From positions 3,865 through 53,895 of the forward strand of contig CAZFWC010000002.1 of NCBI GenBank assembly GCA_964522515.1: 50,031 nt of DNA. Reading direction: 5' to 3'. Made by a program: the position numbers and the translations under genes. The notes under the pieces were generated by a model. The model saw only the letters and a program-made list of their open reading frames with translations. It was not told where the DNA came from and did not search any database. Origin of the DNA: an uncultured Gammaproteobacteria bacterium. Its GTDB lineage: Bacteria > Patescibacteriota > Patescibacteriia > UBA2196. Positions 8,810-19,101 of the stretch are shown in pieces; within the stretch, counting starts at the first letter, position 1, and every line of letters starts with the position of its first letter.

Positions 8810-11800
8810 TCAAGCTGCATTTTTTATACTCTCATATCCAGATGATCTAATCCTCTCCGCAATCTCTTGATCTTCTTTAGTCGGCTTGCTTGTTTTTGAT
8901 ATAAATTTAATACTAGATAAATTCAAATCTTCATATTGCCCTTGTGGGTTCCTACTCCTACCAACCTTTACTGATTCTTTTCCACCACCTCTTGCCATTT
9001 TAGCATTCATTGGTTCAGTCACCATTAAATCAATAAACATATTAAAATATTTATCCATACTAGTATCTCCTTTATACTCCACTGTATAAGTTGGCTCAAG
9101 CAATACTATTGGTTTTTCTTGGGTCATTTTGACAATAGTTCGTCCTAAGCTTGTACTTAATAATTTTTGTGCTGGGATATTATCTTTTACTGCATCAAAT
9201 CCTTGTTCATCTAATTTATCTTGCCATTCTTGGGATAATTTATTTAAATCAACCAAATAAGCTACTTTACAATTAGCATCACTCACATAACCCATCAAAT
9301 TACTGGCATAACTCCCTTCTGCATAATGCATACACGAACCACAGCCCAAAGGATATTTACCTGCTTGCCATAACATTTGAGGATTATCAGTAAAAATCAT
9401 AGCTAACCTTTTTTTACCCATTGTTTCTTGTTTTTCTTTTAAACTAAATTCAATATTCTTTAAATCTTGTAATAATGGGCTGTCTTTAAAATATTTCTGT
9501 AAACTTTCCAATGTACTTAACAATGTCTGACCGCCTTTCTTGCCTTGCTTATCTTCAATCTTATTAGTTACAATTAGACGATTTGATAAATTATTTAATT
9601 TAAGTAAATCAATAGTAGCTTGTAATTCTTGGCGCTTTTGGTAAAACTGACCTAAATTTTTTAAATTATTTTTATCCAAATCATGTTTATCCCAAATATC
9701 AAACTTATCTAAATTCTTGCTTTTTTCTTGAATTTCTTGAATAGCTTTATTCAATGCCTGTCTCATTTCTGGCGCAATAATCTTTTCAACCGAAATAATC
9801 TCATTATCACTTTCTGCCTGGCGATAATTTTCTACTAAACTCTGCTTTAATTCTTTTGGTAAAAAATTATTTAAAAATCCAATGTTGTTTTTAATTTTAG
9901 CCGAAGGAGTAATATCTTGTCCCTCTGGAAAAAATTTACCTAAAATCTGTTCAATTTTAGCCGTATTGTTTAAATTAATAACAGCATCAATTTGATCTGT
10001 GTCTTTCGTAATATTATCTATTTCCTCTTTCATAATTTCATCTTTCTTGCCTGAATCTGCTTCAATTTTTGCATAAAATCCTTCTAATGTTTTTTGAATA
10101 AATTCATTCTTCTTTTGTCCCATTTCTGGATTAAAAATATGCTTATCAGTTGTTATTGCCTCACGCAACAAATTTTTAATCTTTTGAGATTTATCTAGGC
10201 CTCCTTCTGCAACCACAATATCACCAAGTTCAGCAAAATATTCGCCTTGCCAAATTTGCAGTTGCTCTTCTGATAAATACCCAATTTGCTTTTCTACAGT
10301 TGTGTTATTTAAATCATATCTCCAATTTTTCCAATTTTCATCGCTATCAAAATTAACTGCCATCTCAGCAATATATTTCTTTAGATCAGGGTACCTGCCA
10401 ACATATGTAAATATTGGTTCTAAATCACCCCACTTTTCTTGTATCTTTTCTATTTTTTCAGCAGTGATATCCTTGTGGGGTAAAATTTCTTGAAATTTTT
10501 TAGTAGCTACTTCTTGCAATAAATTTGTTAGTTCTTCTAATGATTTCGTTTCTTTTGTAAAAATCTTCTCTATATCAGCATCTATCTTTATCTCGCTTTC
10601 CTGTTCGCCTTTCTCATAATATTCATCCTCATCATCATAGTAATTATCATCGTCCTGGTGTTCATACCTACTGCCAATTTTATCAATATTATTCAAAAAT
10701 ACAACTTTTCTGAATAGATCTGATAGTGTTTCCGCATCTTGTTTTGATCCAAAATCTACTTCCTTTAATTTATTTACCAATAAATTTAATACCTCTGGAT
10801 CGGTTTCCAAACTTTGCACAATACCATAAAGCAGATTATCTTTTGTGGTACTTTCTTTGCGTATTGTTGTATAAAGTATTTGAAATTTATTTAACAAACC
10901 CTCGTCTCCTTGAGCTAACTGCCAAAGTTGCAAAAAAATATTTTCTGGAATATTATTGTATTTTTCCTGCCATTCTTGATTAATACTTTCTTTATTTTGA
11001 ACAAAATGTTCCATTGCTCCATGTATTTGCTTTTTTGATTTATTTCTTAATTCCGTACTGTGGATATTGTTTAGAATAGCCTTAATAAATTTTAAATCTT
11101 GCCAATCTAATTCTTTTGGTGATTTAGTATAAAGCCAATCTTTTAAAGTCTGTTTAGTTTTTTTATCTAAAAATCCTCTGTCTTCTCTAGTTAATTTTTT
11201 TAATACTTCATACTTAACAGTTGTTGAAACATTTTCATTATCCAATAGACTAAATAGAGCTTCATTGGAATTAGGATTATCAAGGCGAATTAAGGTGTAA
11301 AAAGCACTTTCTTGTATTGAATCTAATCCCCATTTGGATTCAGGAGCCATTTTTTGTTTTGAGCGTTGTCTAATAATATTAGAAAAATCTTCAGTAATAG
11401 AAGTCTCGCCATTTTCAGCTAAACCAGCCAGGATGTTAAAAGCTTTTTGTCTTTCTGGGAATGGTTTATCTTGGTCATTGGCGGTTTCTTTTTGGGATTG
11501 TAGTAAATTTGGGAACATTTCTAAATTATTTGCAACAAAAGAACCTTCTCCTGCTTCGATTGATTTTAAAGCAAGTTTTTTATAATCTAAATTTGAAAAT
11601 TTTTCCAAATTTTTAACAACAACCTCATTGCCTACCGATTTAATCAATCTTATGACCACTTCCTCATCCAATCCTGAAAATTTTTCTAAATTTTTAACAA
11701 CATAATCAGGAACAATATTCTGAAACCCTTGCTTAGTTTTCGTTTCAAGCAATTTCAAAAAAATTTCTTTATCCAGACCTAAAAACTTTTCTAAATTTTG

Positions 11801-12367
11801 AGCAAGATTATATATTCTCCCCACCTCAATTAGCTTTAATGCAATTTCTTTATGGTCTAAATGGTCTAAACCTAAAAAATTTTCCAAATTTTCGGCAACA
11901 TACCTACTTTCTCTTTCACCAGCCTCAATCAATTTTAAGGCAATTGTTTTATGTAAATGATCTAAACTTAAAATTTTTTTTAAATTATCACCCATAATGA
12001 AAAAACTTTGTCCTGCTTCAATCAGCTTTAATGCAATTTCTTTATGGTCTAAAGGACCCAATCCTGAAAATTTTTCTAAATCATTAGTTACAGAAGAATA
12101 ATCTTCTGCTTCAATCAGCTTTAATGCAATTTCTTTGTGTAAATGTAGATCAATGTCTTTCAAAATACCTACATTATAAGCATTTTCTAATATTTTTCTA
12201 ACTGCATTATTAACAATCAGTCTTTCCTCTTTTTTCTCTTCTTCAACTACCTCTCCTGCTTCCTCACAATCTCCAACTTCACCTTTCTCAACTTTCTCCT
12301 TTATCAAACCAGCCTCCTTTTGGGCTTGCTCAAGTGAATATGATTTTGATTCTTGGTTTTTAGGCAT
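8810..12367 (-). CDS. Large hypothetical protein with helical repeats
   Basis: 1185 aa; repeated LDHKEIALKLIEAG...NLEKF units, an acidic tract, and a C-terminal GSCMHY domain. Confidence 0.85.
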   Translation of the reverse strand: MPKNQESKSYSLEQAQKEAGLIKEKVEKGEVGDCEEAGEVVEEEKKEERLIVNNAVRKILENAYNVGILKDIDLHLHKEIALKLIEAEDYSSVTNDLEKFSGLGPLDHKEIALKLIEAGQSFFIMGDNLKKILSLDHLHKTIALKLIEAGERESRYVAENLENFLGLDHLDHKEIALKLIEVGRIYNLAQNLEKFLGLDKEIFLKLLETKTKQGFQNIVPDYVVKNLEKFSGLDEEVVIRLIKSVGNEVVVKNLEKFSNLDYKKLALKSIEAGEGSFVANNLEMFPNLLQSQKETANDQDKPFPERQKAFNILAGLAENGETSITEDFSNIIRQRSKQKMAPESKWGLDSIQESAFYTLIRLDNPNSNEALFSLLDNENVSTTVKYEVLKKLTREDRGFLDKKTKQTLKDWLYTKSPKELDWQDLKFIKAILNNIHSTELRNKSKKQIHGAMEHFVQNKESINQEWQEKYNNIPENIFLQLWQLAQGDEGLLNKFQILYTTIRKESTTKDNLLYGIVQSLETDPEVLNLLVNKLKEVDFGSKQDAETLSDLFRKVVFLNNIDKIGSRYEHQDDDNYYDDEDEYYEKGEQESEIKIDADIEKIFTKETKSLEELTNLLQEVATKKFQEILPHKDITAEKIEKIQEKWGDLEPIFTYVGRYPDLKKYIAEMAVNFDSDENWKNWRYDLNNTTVEKQIGYLSEEQLQIWQGEYFAELGDIVVAEGGLDKSQKIKNLLREAITTDKHIFNPEMGQKKNEFIQKTLEGFYAKIEADSGKKDEIMKEEIDNITKDTDQIDAVINLNNTAKIEQILGKFFPEGQDITPSAKIKNNIGFLNNFLPKELKQSLVENYRQAESDNEIISVEKIIAPEMRQALNKAIQEIQEKSKNLDKFDIWDKHDLDKNNLKNLGQFYQKRQELQATIDLLKLNNLSNRLIVTNKIEDKQGKKGGQTLLSTLESLQKYFKDSPLLQDLKNIEFSLKEKQETMGKKRLAMIFTDNPQMLWQAGKYPLGCGSCMHYAEGSYASNLMGYVSDANCKVAYLVDLNKLSQEWQDKLDEQGFDAVKDNIPAQKLLSTSLGRTIVKMTQEKPIVLLEPTYTVEYKGDTSMDKYFNMFIDLMVTEPMNAKMARGGGKESVKVGRSRNPQGQYEDLNLSSIKFISKTSKPTKEDQEIAERIRSSGYESIKNAA

Positions 12368-12460
12368 ATATTTTTAATTAATAATTATTTTCTTATTAAC
12401 CCCCTCGTTCAAACTTGCCACTGGCAACTTTGAACTCTCCCCCTTAAAAAGGTGGCGAGA

Positions 12461-13927
12461 TTATTTATTTATAAAAACATTTGTTTTTCCAATCTCAACC
12501 CAATCGTAAACTTCTTTGGCAGGACCAATTTGCAAACGAACACAACCGTGTGAAACAGCGTGACCCAAACTATTTTCTCCTTCGCGATAATTATTTAAAA
12601 ATGGCAATTCGTGAATCCCATTTTCTAATCCACCAGACATATAAAATCCAATAAAATATGGCATTCCCCATTTAACTCCGTCAGCGTATCCGTAAGCCAT
12701 TTCATATTTTGAAAATGCAGTAAACTCTCCTAAACGAGTTGGCGTGGAAGGTTTGCCTGTTGAAGTTATTAAATCATCAATTAAAACACCATTTTGATAA
12801 TATTTAAAACGTTGATCTGAAACATCAATATCAATATATTTATACAAATCAGAGCGACCTGTTGGTAAATTTCGTGGTAAAACAATGATTTCTTTTTCTC
12901 CATCTTTATCAAAATCTCCAGCAGTTAAATTTAAACCAAATTTAAAATTTTCACCTGTCCGCCGTAGTTCAGTAGGATTTTTTAGGGGCGAAGGCGGATC
13001 AAAAACAAATGTATTTTTTGTTATTTTTTCTTTGCCAAACCCATTAAAAATTCTTAAATGCGCGCCACCGCCAATTCCAGGAACAACAATAATTTCTCCT
13101 CTATTATCTTTATCGATATCTGCGCTAACTACAGCAACTCCGCCTAAAAAATTTTTTTCATAAACTAAAAATTCATTAATTAAACTTAAATCTCCACGAT
13201 AAATTTGAACTTTTGGCTCGTCTCCCAAACCACCAGCAACTAAAATTTCTTCAATTCCATCTCCACCTAAATCTATTTTTGATAAACTTAAATTTTTAGC
13301 TTTAAAATCCAAATCTTTTGTTTTAATTAAATCACCAAAGGCATTAAAAATCTTTAATTGTTTTTTTTCATTTTCATTTCCAACAGCAATAATTTCATCT
13401 TTTTTATCTCCATTAATATCTGCGCAAGTTATTTGAACTCCATAGTTTAAATTATTTTTAAATGCAAAAAATCCTGGATTAATTTTTATTTTTCCAAATC
13501 CATCAAACACTCTAATGTGGGCTCCGCCTTTTGAACGCGCGCCAGTTAAAATTTCTTCTTTTCCGTCTGCGTCAAAATCACAACCCTCAACTTCAACTCC
13601 GCCTAAAAAATTCTCTTCGTAGACTAAAAATTCATTAATTATTGATCCATCTCCACGCAAAATTTTAACCCAAGGTCTTTCACCTGGACCAGCGCCAATT
13701 AAAATTTCATCTTGTCCGTCTCCTCCCAAATCAATTCTTGAAATAGAATATCCTCGTGAACTATTAAATAAAGGAATTTGTTTTTCAAAATTCAAAGTTT
13801 GCGCGTTATAAATTTTTAAAAAATCAAAATTAGTTTCTGCTTGTAATGGAAAAATTAAAAAAGGTAAACTTAAAATCACAAAACAAATTAAAACTATGAA
13901 AAAAATTTTAAAATTTTTAATTTGCAT
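12461..13927 (-). CDS. Secreted L,D-transpeptidase (YkuD domain) with FG-GAP/VCBS-like repeats
   Basis: GIHE...SHGCVR catalytic motif; DxDGDGxxEI repeats; N-terminal signal or anchor. Confidence 0.92.
   Translation of the reverse strand: MQIKNFKIFFIVLICFVILSLPFLIFPLQAETNFDFLKIYNAQTLNFEKQIPLFNSSRGYSISRIDLGGDGQDEILIGAGPGERPWVKILRGDGSIINEFLVYEENFLGGVEVEGCDFDADGKEEILTGARSKGGAHIRVFDGFGKIKINPGFFAFKNNLNYGVQITCADINGDKKDEIIAVGNENEKKQLKIFNAFGDLIKTKDLDFKAKNLSLSKIDLGGDGIEEILVAGGLGDEPKVQIYRGDLSLINEFLVYEKNFLGGVAVVSADIDKDNRGEIIVVPGIGGGAHLRIFNGFGKEKITKNTFVFDPPSPLKNPTELRRTGENFKFGLNLTAGDFDKDGEKEIIVLPRNLPTGRSDLYKYIDIDVSDQRFKYYQNGVLIDDLITSTGKPSTPTRLGEFTAFSKYEMAYGYADGVKWGMPYFIGFYMSGGLENGIHELPFLNNYREGENSLGHAVSHGCVRLQIGPAKEVYDWVEIGKTNVFINK
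12954..12998 (-). repeat. Family A element (45 bp), in frame in the L,D-transpeptidase
   Basis: Encodes PPSPLKNPTELRRTG; removal restores FVFDENFK, matching the sister repeat FLVYEENF. Confidence 0.93.
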
Positions 13928-13934
13928 AAATTAA

Positions 13935-14723
13935 TTATACCATTTTTCTCCATTTAATAAAATATTTTATCCACGAACCAATATGAATCCATGCCATTTT
14001 TTTAGTTAAATCATTAATCCATTTGCCACCATATGATTCACGTGAATAATAATGAATCATGTTTGATTCTGACACATACCAAACCTCATAATTCGCCTCC
14101 CGAATACGACGGCATAAATCCATATCCTCCAAATAAAAAAAGAATTTTTCGTCAAAGCCTTGAATTTTATCTAAGACACTTTTTCTAATTAATAAAGCAC
14201 TCCCTCTGGCCCAATCAATTTTATGCGATTGTTCGGTTGAAACATTCTTCATAAAGTATTCATCTAAAATATTTTTATTTAACTTACCCAAAGCAGTCCT
14301 GATAAAAACTGGCAATAAAAAAGATCTCGGAAACCTATAGCGCGATTCTTGATAGGTTTTATTTGAATACAAAAGTTTTGGAGCAACACAACCAATTTTT
14401 TCATTTTGCTCAATAAAATTTAATAAATTTTCAATTGAATTTTCCCAAACAACAACATCTGGATTTAAAATTAAAATATATTCTCCTTTTGCTTTTTTTA
14501 TTCCAACATTATTTCCTGCTCCCATTCCTTTATTTTCTTTAGTTTGAATAAATGTAAAAATTGGAAATTCTTCACGCATTATTTTTTCAATTTCATCTTT
14601 TGAATTATTATCAACCACAATTATTTCATATTTAAATTGCAAATTTAAATTAACAATATTTTTAATACATTGTTTTGTTAAATTGCAAGTTTTATAATTT
14701 AAAATTATTATTGATAATTTCAT
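13935..14723 (-). CDS. Glycosyltransferase family 2 (rhamnosyltransferase-like)
   Basis: MKLSIIILNY, VVDNNS, LNPD, YLEDMDLC. The track's longer N-terminus comes from a repeat. Confidence 0.92.
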   Translation of the reverse strand: MKLSIIILNYKTCNLTKQCIKNIVNLNLQFKYEIIVVDNNSKDEIEKIMREEFPIFTFIQTKENKGMGAGNNVGIKKAKGEYILILNPDVVVWENSIENLLNFIEQNEKIGCVAPKLLYSNKTYQESRYRFPRSFLLPVFIRTALGKLNKNILDEYFMKNVSTEQSHKIDWARGSALLIRKSVLDKIQGFDEKFFFYLEDMDLCRRIREANYEVWYVSESNMIHYYSRESYGGKWINDLTKKMAWIHIGSWIKYFIKWRKMV

Positions 14724-14732
14724 AATTTTTAT

Positions 14733-14786
14733 CCTGTCCTGAACGACCTTTAACCCCGAGTACTCGGGATTAGAAGTGAAGGATCT
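14733..14786 (-). repeat. Family B element with nested CCCGAGTACTCGGG palindrome
   Basis: CCTGTCCTGAACGACC...GTGAAGGATCT. Confidence 0.8.
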
Positions 14787-14820
14787 TATTGTATTAAAAT
14801 TATTTAACAAAAAATATTTT

Positions 14821-15870
14821 TTATTCAAACCACTTTTTCAAATTTTTAACAGTAATTTTTTTTCTACTCATTATTATTTTTCTTTTTGATCGCATTTTTG
14901 GTAATAATTTAAAAAATTCTTTTAACCCTGATAATGTTTTAAAATCAAATTCAAAAAATAATAAATAAATAAATTTTTTAAATTCAAACCAAAAAATATA
15001 AGGAAAATGTTGTAAAAAATTTTCTAAAATTTCATTTTTAACTAAAACGCTTAAATGATTTTTATAAGAATGATAATTTATCATTTTTGATTTAGAACGC
15101 CGAGCTTTTATAATTTTCCAAAACATCCATGGTTTTAAAGTGTGCAAATTAGCTGAACGAAAATGATAAGCTTTTGCGCTTGCTACAAAAATTGATTGCC
15201 AACCATAAATTTGCAAACGATAAGAAATATCAAAATCATCTTGATACGCAAAAAAATCCTCGTCAAAATATTCATCTTTAATTTTTATATCTTCCAAAGC
15301 CTCGCGACGATACAAAACACAAGCTCCTGAAAAACCAAACACATTTTGCATTTCATTAAATTGTCCTTTATCAATTTTCCCTTCGCCAATATTTTTTACT
15401 TGTCTTGATTTTTTAATTTCTAATCCAAATGAATCAATTTTTTCAGACTTAATTGTTTTTAGCAAACCGTCATCTTGCATTATATTTTCAACTTTTAAAA
15501 TTTTTCCACCAAAGGCTCCAGTTTCAGATTTAGAATTTTTAGCAACTAATAATATTTTTTCTAAAAAATCTTTTTCTAAAATTACATCTGGATTCATTAT
15601 TAAAACCCAATCCGTTTGATGCATTTTTATTGCTTGATTATACGGTTTGCAAAATCCTAAATTATTTATATTTTTTAAAATATGCGCTTGCGGATAATTT
15701 TTGCGAATGAAACTTACTGTTTCGTCTTGCGAACCATTGTCAACAATATTAACTGCAATTTTAATGTCAAAATTATCACCAAACCAAATACTTTGTTTGA
15801 AAATTGATTCCAAACAATCTTGAATAAATTTCATTGAATTCCAAGTAACAATGCAGATTGATAAAGTCAT
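14821..15870 (-). CDS. Glycosyltransferase family 2
   Basis: IVDNGSQD, MNPDV and FFAYQDDFDISYR motifs. Confidence 0.92.
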   Translation of the reverse strand: MTLSICIVTWNSMKFIQDCLESIFKQSIWFGDNFDIKIAVNIVDNGSQDETVSFIRKNYPQAHILKNINNLGFCKPYNQAIKMHQTDWVLIMNPDVILEKDFLEKILLVAKNSKSETGAFGGKILKVENIMQDDGLLKTIKSEKIDSFGLEIKKSRQVKNIGEGKIDKGQFNEMQNVFGFSGACVLYRREALEDIKIKDEYFDEDFFAYQDDFDISYRLQIYGWQSIFVASAKAYHFRSANLHTLKPWMFWKIIKARRSKSKMINYHSYKNHLSVLVKNEILENFLQHFPYIFWFEFKKFIYLLFFEFDFKTLSGLKEFFKLLPKMRSKRKIIMSRKKITVKNLKKWFE

Positions 15871-15874
15871 AATT

Positions 15875-17350
15875 TTAGGATAAATTTTTATTTTCTACAA
15901 CAACACTTGCCAAAATTAAAAACCCAATTCCCAGCGGATGATTTAAATACGGACTAAAAATATTTACAATTAACAAAGAAATTAAAGCAAGAAAAAAACC
16001 AAATCGTAAATCAAATAATTTTCTTAAAATTTTAAAAATCAAAAATAAATAAATACAAAAACCAACCACACCAAATTTTAAAATTAAATCCAAATATCCC
16101 CATTCAAAAGAATAAGTTGTGAACTCCCCTGTTTGTCCAGCTGTTTCAGGAACAATTCGCGGATCATTTGAAAAATAGGTAACAGTTGTTCCAAAACCAG
16201 AACCAATTACTGGATGTTTTGCAATTTCGCGTAACAATGGTTTTAATTGATTTATTCGCGATGATGAGGATGCTTCCATTTCAGTTGCGCGTTTGCCTAA
16301 CATACTTGCCAAATTCCCACCATCTATTTTTGGAGGTAAATTTATAACTAAAAAAACTATTGCAAAACTGATTATTGTAATTATTATTATCTTAACATTT
16401 ATTTTTAAAAAGTCTAAAAATTTAATTTTTAAGAATAAAATAACAAAATAATAAATTAATAAAGTAAAAATTAATGCAACCCAGTAACTGCGGGAAAAAG
16501 AAAGTAAAATTGTAGTTAAACAGGCAGTAAGGATTAGGAAATAAGGATTAAGTAAATTATTTTTTTTAATTTTTAATTTAAAACTTGAAATTTTATTAGA
16601 AATTAGATAATTATGTAAATTAAAAAAAGGAAAAATAATAAAAAAAGTAAGTAAAGAATAAACCTGCGATTGAATAAAAACTCGCCAAAATCCTCCTCCA
16701 GCAAAAGTCACTTCTCCAACCCCAGTATCTCTTACCCATTTATAAACTTCTGGCAAAGCCCAAATAAATTCGTGTGAAAAAATATAAAGTAAAATTAAAG
16801 ATTTAATTCCAATCCACAAAACTGATGCAATCAAAATCGTTAAAATATTTTTTAAAAAATTATCATTATTTTTTGCAACACTAAAAAACGGTAAAATCAA
16901 TAAAAAATAAAGCCAATTATTAAAATCCAAAAAAACATTTCCAAAATTATTTCCTCGAATTATTCCCCAAACAAACGACCAGAGAATCACAATTCCTAAC
17001 CATAAATAATTTTTATTAAATTTGAAATTAAAGTATTCTTTTTTATTTTTTGTTTTTAAAAAATTTACAAACCAAACAGAAAAAATAATTAAAAACAATC
17101 CAATCCGTATTGAAATCAAAGTCTCATTAAATTCTAAACTAAATAAATATCCTTTTGACCCAATAAATAATTCTGCTAGTAAAATATAAATTCCATATTC
17201 TAACTTGACTAAACTAAAAATCAGTGTTAAGATTAAAATTACACAAAAACAAACTACATTAAAACTTGGCAAAAGCCAGCCGAAAAATGACAGAATTTCT
17301 GCTAAAATTAGAAATAAAAATGTTATTTTAAATATATTTTTATTTATCAT
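15875..17350 (-). CDS. O-antigen ligase/polymerase (Wzy_C)-like membrane protein
   Basis: Multiple TM segments, SFSRSYW, HPVIGSGFG, LILKFGVVG. Confidence 0.8.
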   Translation of the reverse strand: MINKNIFKITFLFLILAEILSFFGWLLPSFNVVCFCVILILTLIFSLVKLEYGIYILLAELFIGSKGYLFSLEFNETLISIRIGLFLIIFSVWFVNFLKTKNKKEYFNFKFNKNYLWLGIVILWSFVWGIIRGNNFGNVFLDFNNWLYFLLILPFFSVAKNNDNFLKNILTILIASVLWIGIKSLILLYIFSHEFIWALPEVYKWVRDTGVGEVTFAGGGFWRVFIQSQVYSLLTFFIIFPFFNLHNYLISNKISSFKLKIKKNNLLNPYFLILTACLTTILLSFSRSYWVALIFTLLIYYFVILFLKIKFLDFLKINVKIIIITIISFAIVFLVINLPPKIDGGNLASMLGKRATEMEASSSSRINQLKPLLREIAKHPVIGSGFGTTVTYFSNDPRIVPETAGQTGEFTTYSFEWGYLDLILKFGVVGFCIYLFLIFKILRKLFDLRFGFFLALISLLIVNIFSPYLNHPLGIGFLILASVVVENKNLS

Positions 17351-18294
17351 AAATTTTTTTTCTTTCCAAAAATTTTCCTAACCCCAATTTTACTATCAAT
17401 AAAAGTCAAAAATAAATTTACTGGTTGTAAAAACCACAAAATTAAAAACTGCCAAAATGGTTTGTATTTTTTAAAATAATAATAAAGAGATTTATTAAAA
17501 TTAATTTGCTTTTTTAAACTTGCAAGTTGTTTAAAACTTTGTTCTTTGTGGTGAACAATTTTAGTGTTCGGATAAAAATAAATTTTGTATCCTGCGTCTT
17601 TTGCTCTTTTGCAAAAATCAACTTCTTCAAAAATCGCCCAAAACTTTTCATCAAATAAACCAATTTTGTCAAACACTTGTTTTTTAATTAACATTGTTGC
17701 TCCCATTATTTGATCAACTTCTTGAATTTCATTGTGATCAAAATCTAACATAAAATATTCTCTTACAAATTTAATTTTGTTTGGAAAAAAATTATAAAAT
17801 TTTAATTGAATAAAAATTTGATCTAATAATTTTGGAAATCTGCGACATGAGTGTTGTAAAGTTTTGTTAGTATTTAAAAGTTTTGGTCCAACAATTCCAA
17901 TTTTTTCACCCTGTCCTGAGCGACCTTCAGAGTTGTTGGGAGCCGAAGGATCTATTTTCTTATTTTCAACAAACTTTATCATTTCTAAAATACTTTCATC
18001 AATCAATTCCGTATCTGGATTTAAAAGCAAAATTAATTCTCCTTTTGCTAATTTAATTCCTTGATTATTTGCTTTAGAAAACCCTAAATTTTCTTTATTT
18101 TTTATTATTTTTAAATTATCTAAATTATATTCTTTCTTATATTTTTCTAATTCTTTAACAGTTTTGTCGCTTGAATTATTATCAACCACAAAAATTTCAA
18201 ACTCTATATTTTTTAAATACTTAAAAATAGATTTAACACATTTTAATGTTAAATCGCAAGTATTCCAAGATACAATAATTATTGAAAGTTTCAT
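17347..18294 (-). CDS. Glycosyltransferase family 2
   Basis: VVDNNSSD, LNPD and FEEVDFC motifs. Confidence 0.92.
   Translation of the reverse strand: MKLSIIIVSWNTCDLTLKCVKSIFKYLKNIEFEIFVVDNNSSDKTVKELEKYKKEYNLDNLKIIKNKENLGFSKANNQGIKLAKGELILLLNPDTELIDESILEMIKFVENKKIDPSAPNNSEGRSGQGEKIGIVGPKLLNTNKTLQHSCRRFPKLLDQIFIQLKFYNFFPNKIKFVREYFMLDFDHNEIQEVDQIMGATMLIKKQVFDKIGLFDEKFWAIFEEVDFCKRAKDAGYKIYFYPNTKIVHHKEQSFKQLASLKKQINFNKSLYYYFKKYKPFWQFLILWFLQPVNLFLTFIDSKIGVRKIFGKKKNL
17909..17950 (-). repeat. Family B element (42 bp), in frame in GT2
   Basis: Encodes PSAPNNSEGRSGQG; removal gives KIDEKIGIVGPKL; inserted 5' of TGAA. Confidence 0.9.
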
Positions 18295-18335
18295 ATTTTT
18301 ATCTTACTTTAAATTCAATAAATTATCAACAAAAT

Positions 18336-18362
18336 AAAAAACGGGTTCTAATCCGTTTTTAT
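18336..18362 (-). terminator. Intrinsic terminator after rplA
   Basis: AAAAACGG...CCGTTTTT hairpin. Confidence 0.65.
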
Positions 18363-18374
18363 TACTTTTAAATT

Positions 18375-19010
18375 TTAATTTATTATTTTAAATCCTTTCC
18401 CCATTGTAGAACAAATAGAAATACTTTTAATAAATATCCCTTTAACCCCTGCTGGTTTAGCTTTATTCACTGCTGTTAAAAACGCTTCAAAATTTTCTTT
18501 TAATTTATTTTCATCCCAAGAAACCTTGCCAATTATTTGATGAATATTTGAAGTTTCATCATTTTTAATTGTGATTTTTCCCGCTTTTAATTCTTTAACA
18601 GTTTTAACAACATCTTTCGTTACTGTTTCGTTTTTTGGGCTAGGCATTAAACCTTTTGGTCCAAGAATTTTCGCAATTTGAGATAATTCTCTCATTATTT
18701 CTGGAGTAGCTACTGCAACATCAAAATCAATTACAGCTTTTGTTTTAATTTTTTTAATTAATTCTTTTCCACCAACAATATCTGCTCCAGCTTCCTTGGC
18801 TTCTTTTTCATTTTCAGTAAACACTGCAATTTTTTTTGTTTTACCAGTTCCGTGTAGCAAAATACAAGTTGAACGAATTTGTTGTTCGCCTTTTTTTGGA
18901 TCAATTCCAGTGCGAATGTGAACTTCAACTGATTCATCAAATTTCGCGTGAGAATTTTCTTTAACTTTTTTAATTCCTTCTTCAAAGGAATATGTTTTAT
19001 TATTTTTCAT
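18375..19010 (-). CDS. rplA: 50S ribosomal protein L1
   Basis: AKFDESVE, LGPKGLMPSPK, STMGKG. Confidence 0.97.
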   Translation of the reverse strand: MKNNKTYSFEEGIKKVKENSHAKFDESVEVHIRTGIDPKKGEQQIRSTCILLHGTGKTKKIAVFTENEKEAKEAGADIVGGKELIKKIKTKAVIDFDVAVATPEIMRELSQIAKILGPKGLMPSPKNETVTKDVVKTVKELKAGKITIKNDETSNIHQIIGKVSWDENKLKENFEAFLTAVNKAKPAGVKGIFIKSISICSTMGKGFKIIN

Positions 19011-19019
19011 ATATTTTTT

Positions 19020-19070
19020 AGCCTGTCCTGAGCGACCTTTAGGGTCGTTAGGAGCCGAAGGATCCCGTGG
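19020..19070 (-). repeat. Family B element upstream of rplA
   Basis: AGCCTGTCCTGAGCGACC...GCCGAAGGATCCCGTGG. Confidence 0.85.
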
Positions 19071-19101
19071 TCAATTGATTTCAAATTTTAGAATCCTAAA
19101 A

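Noticed and set aside
8310..8845. Plus-strand ORFs 8310-8564, 8438-8632 and 8657-8845
   Set aside because: Antisense to the HNH remnant or low-complexity AT sequence with no protein features.
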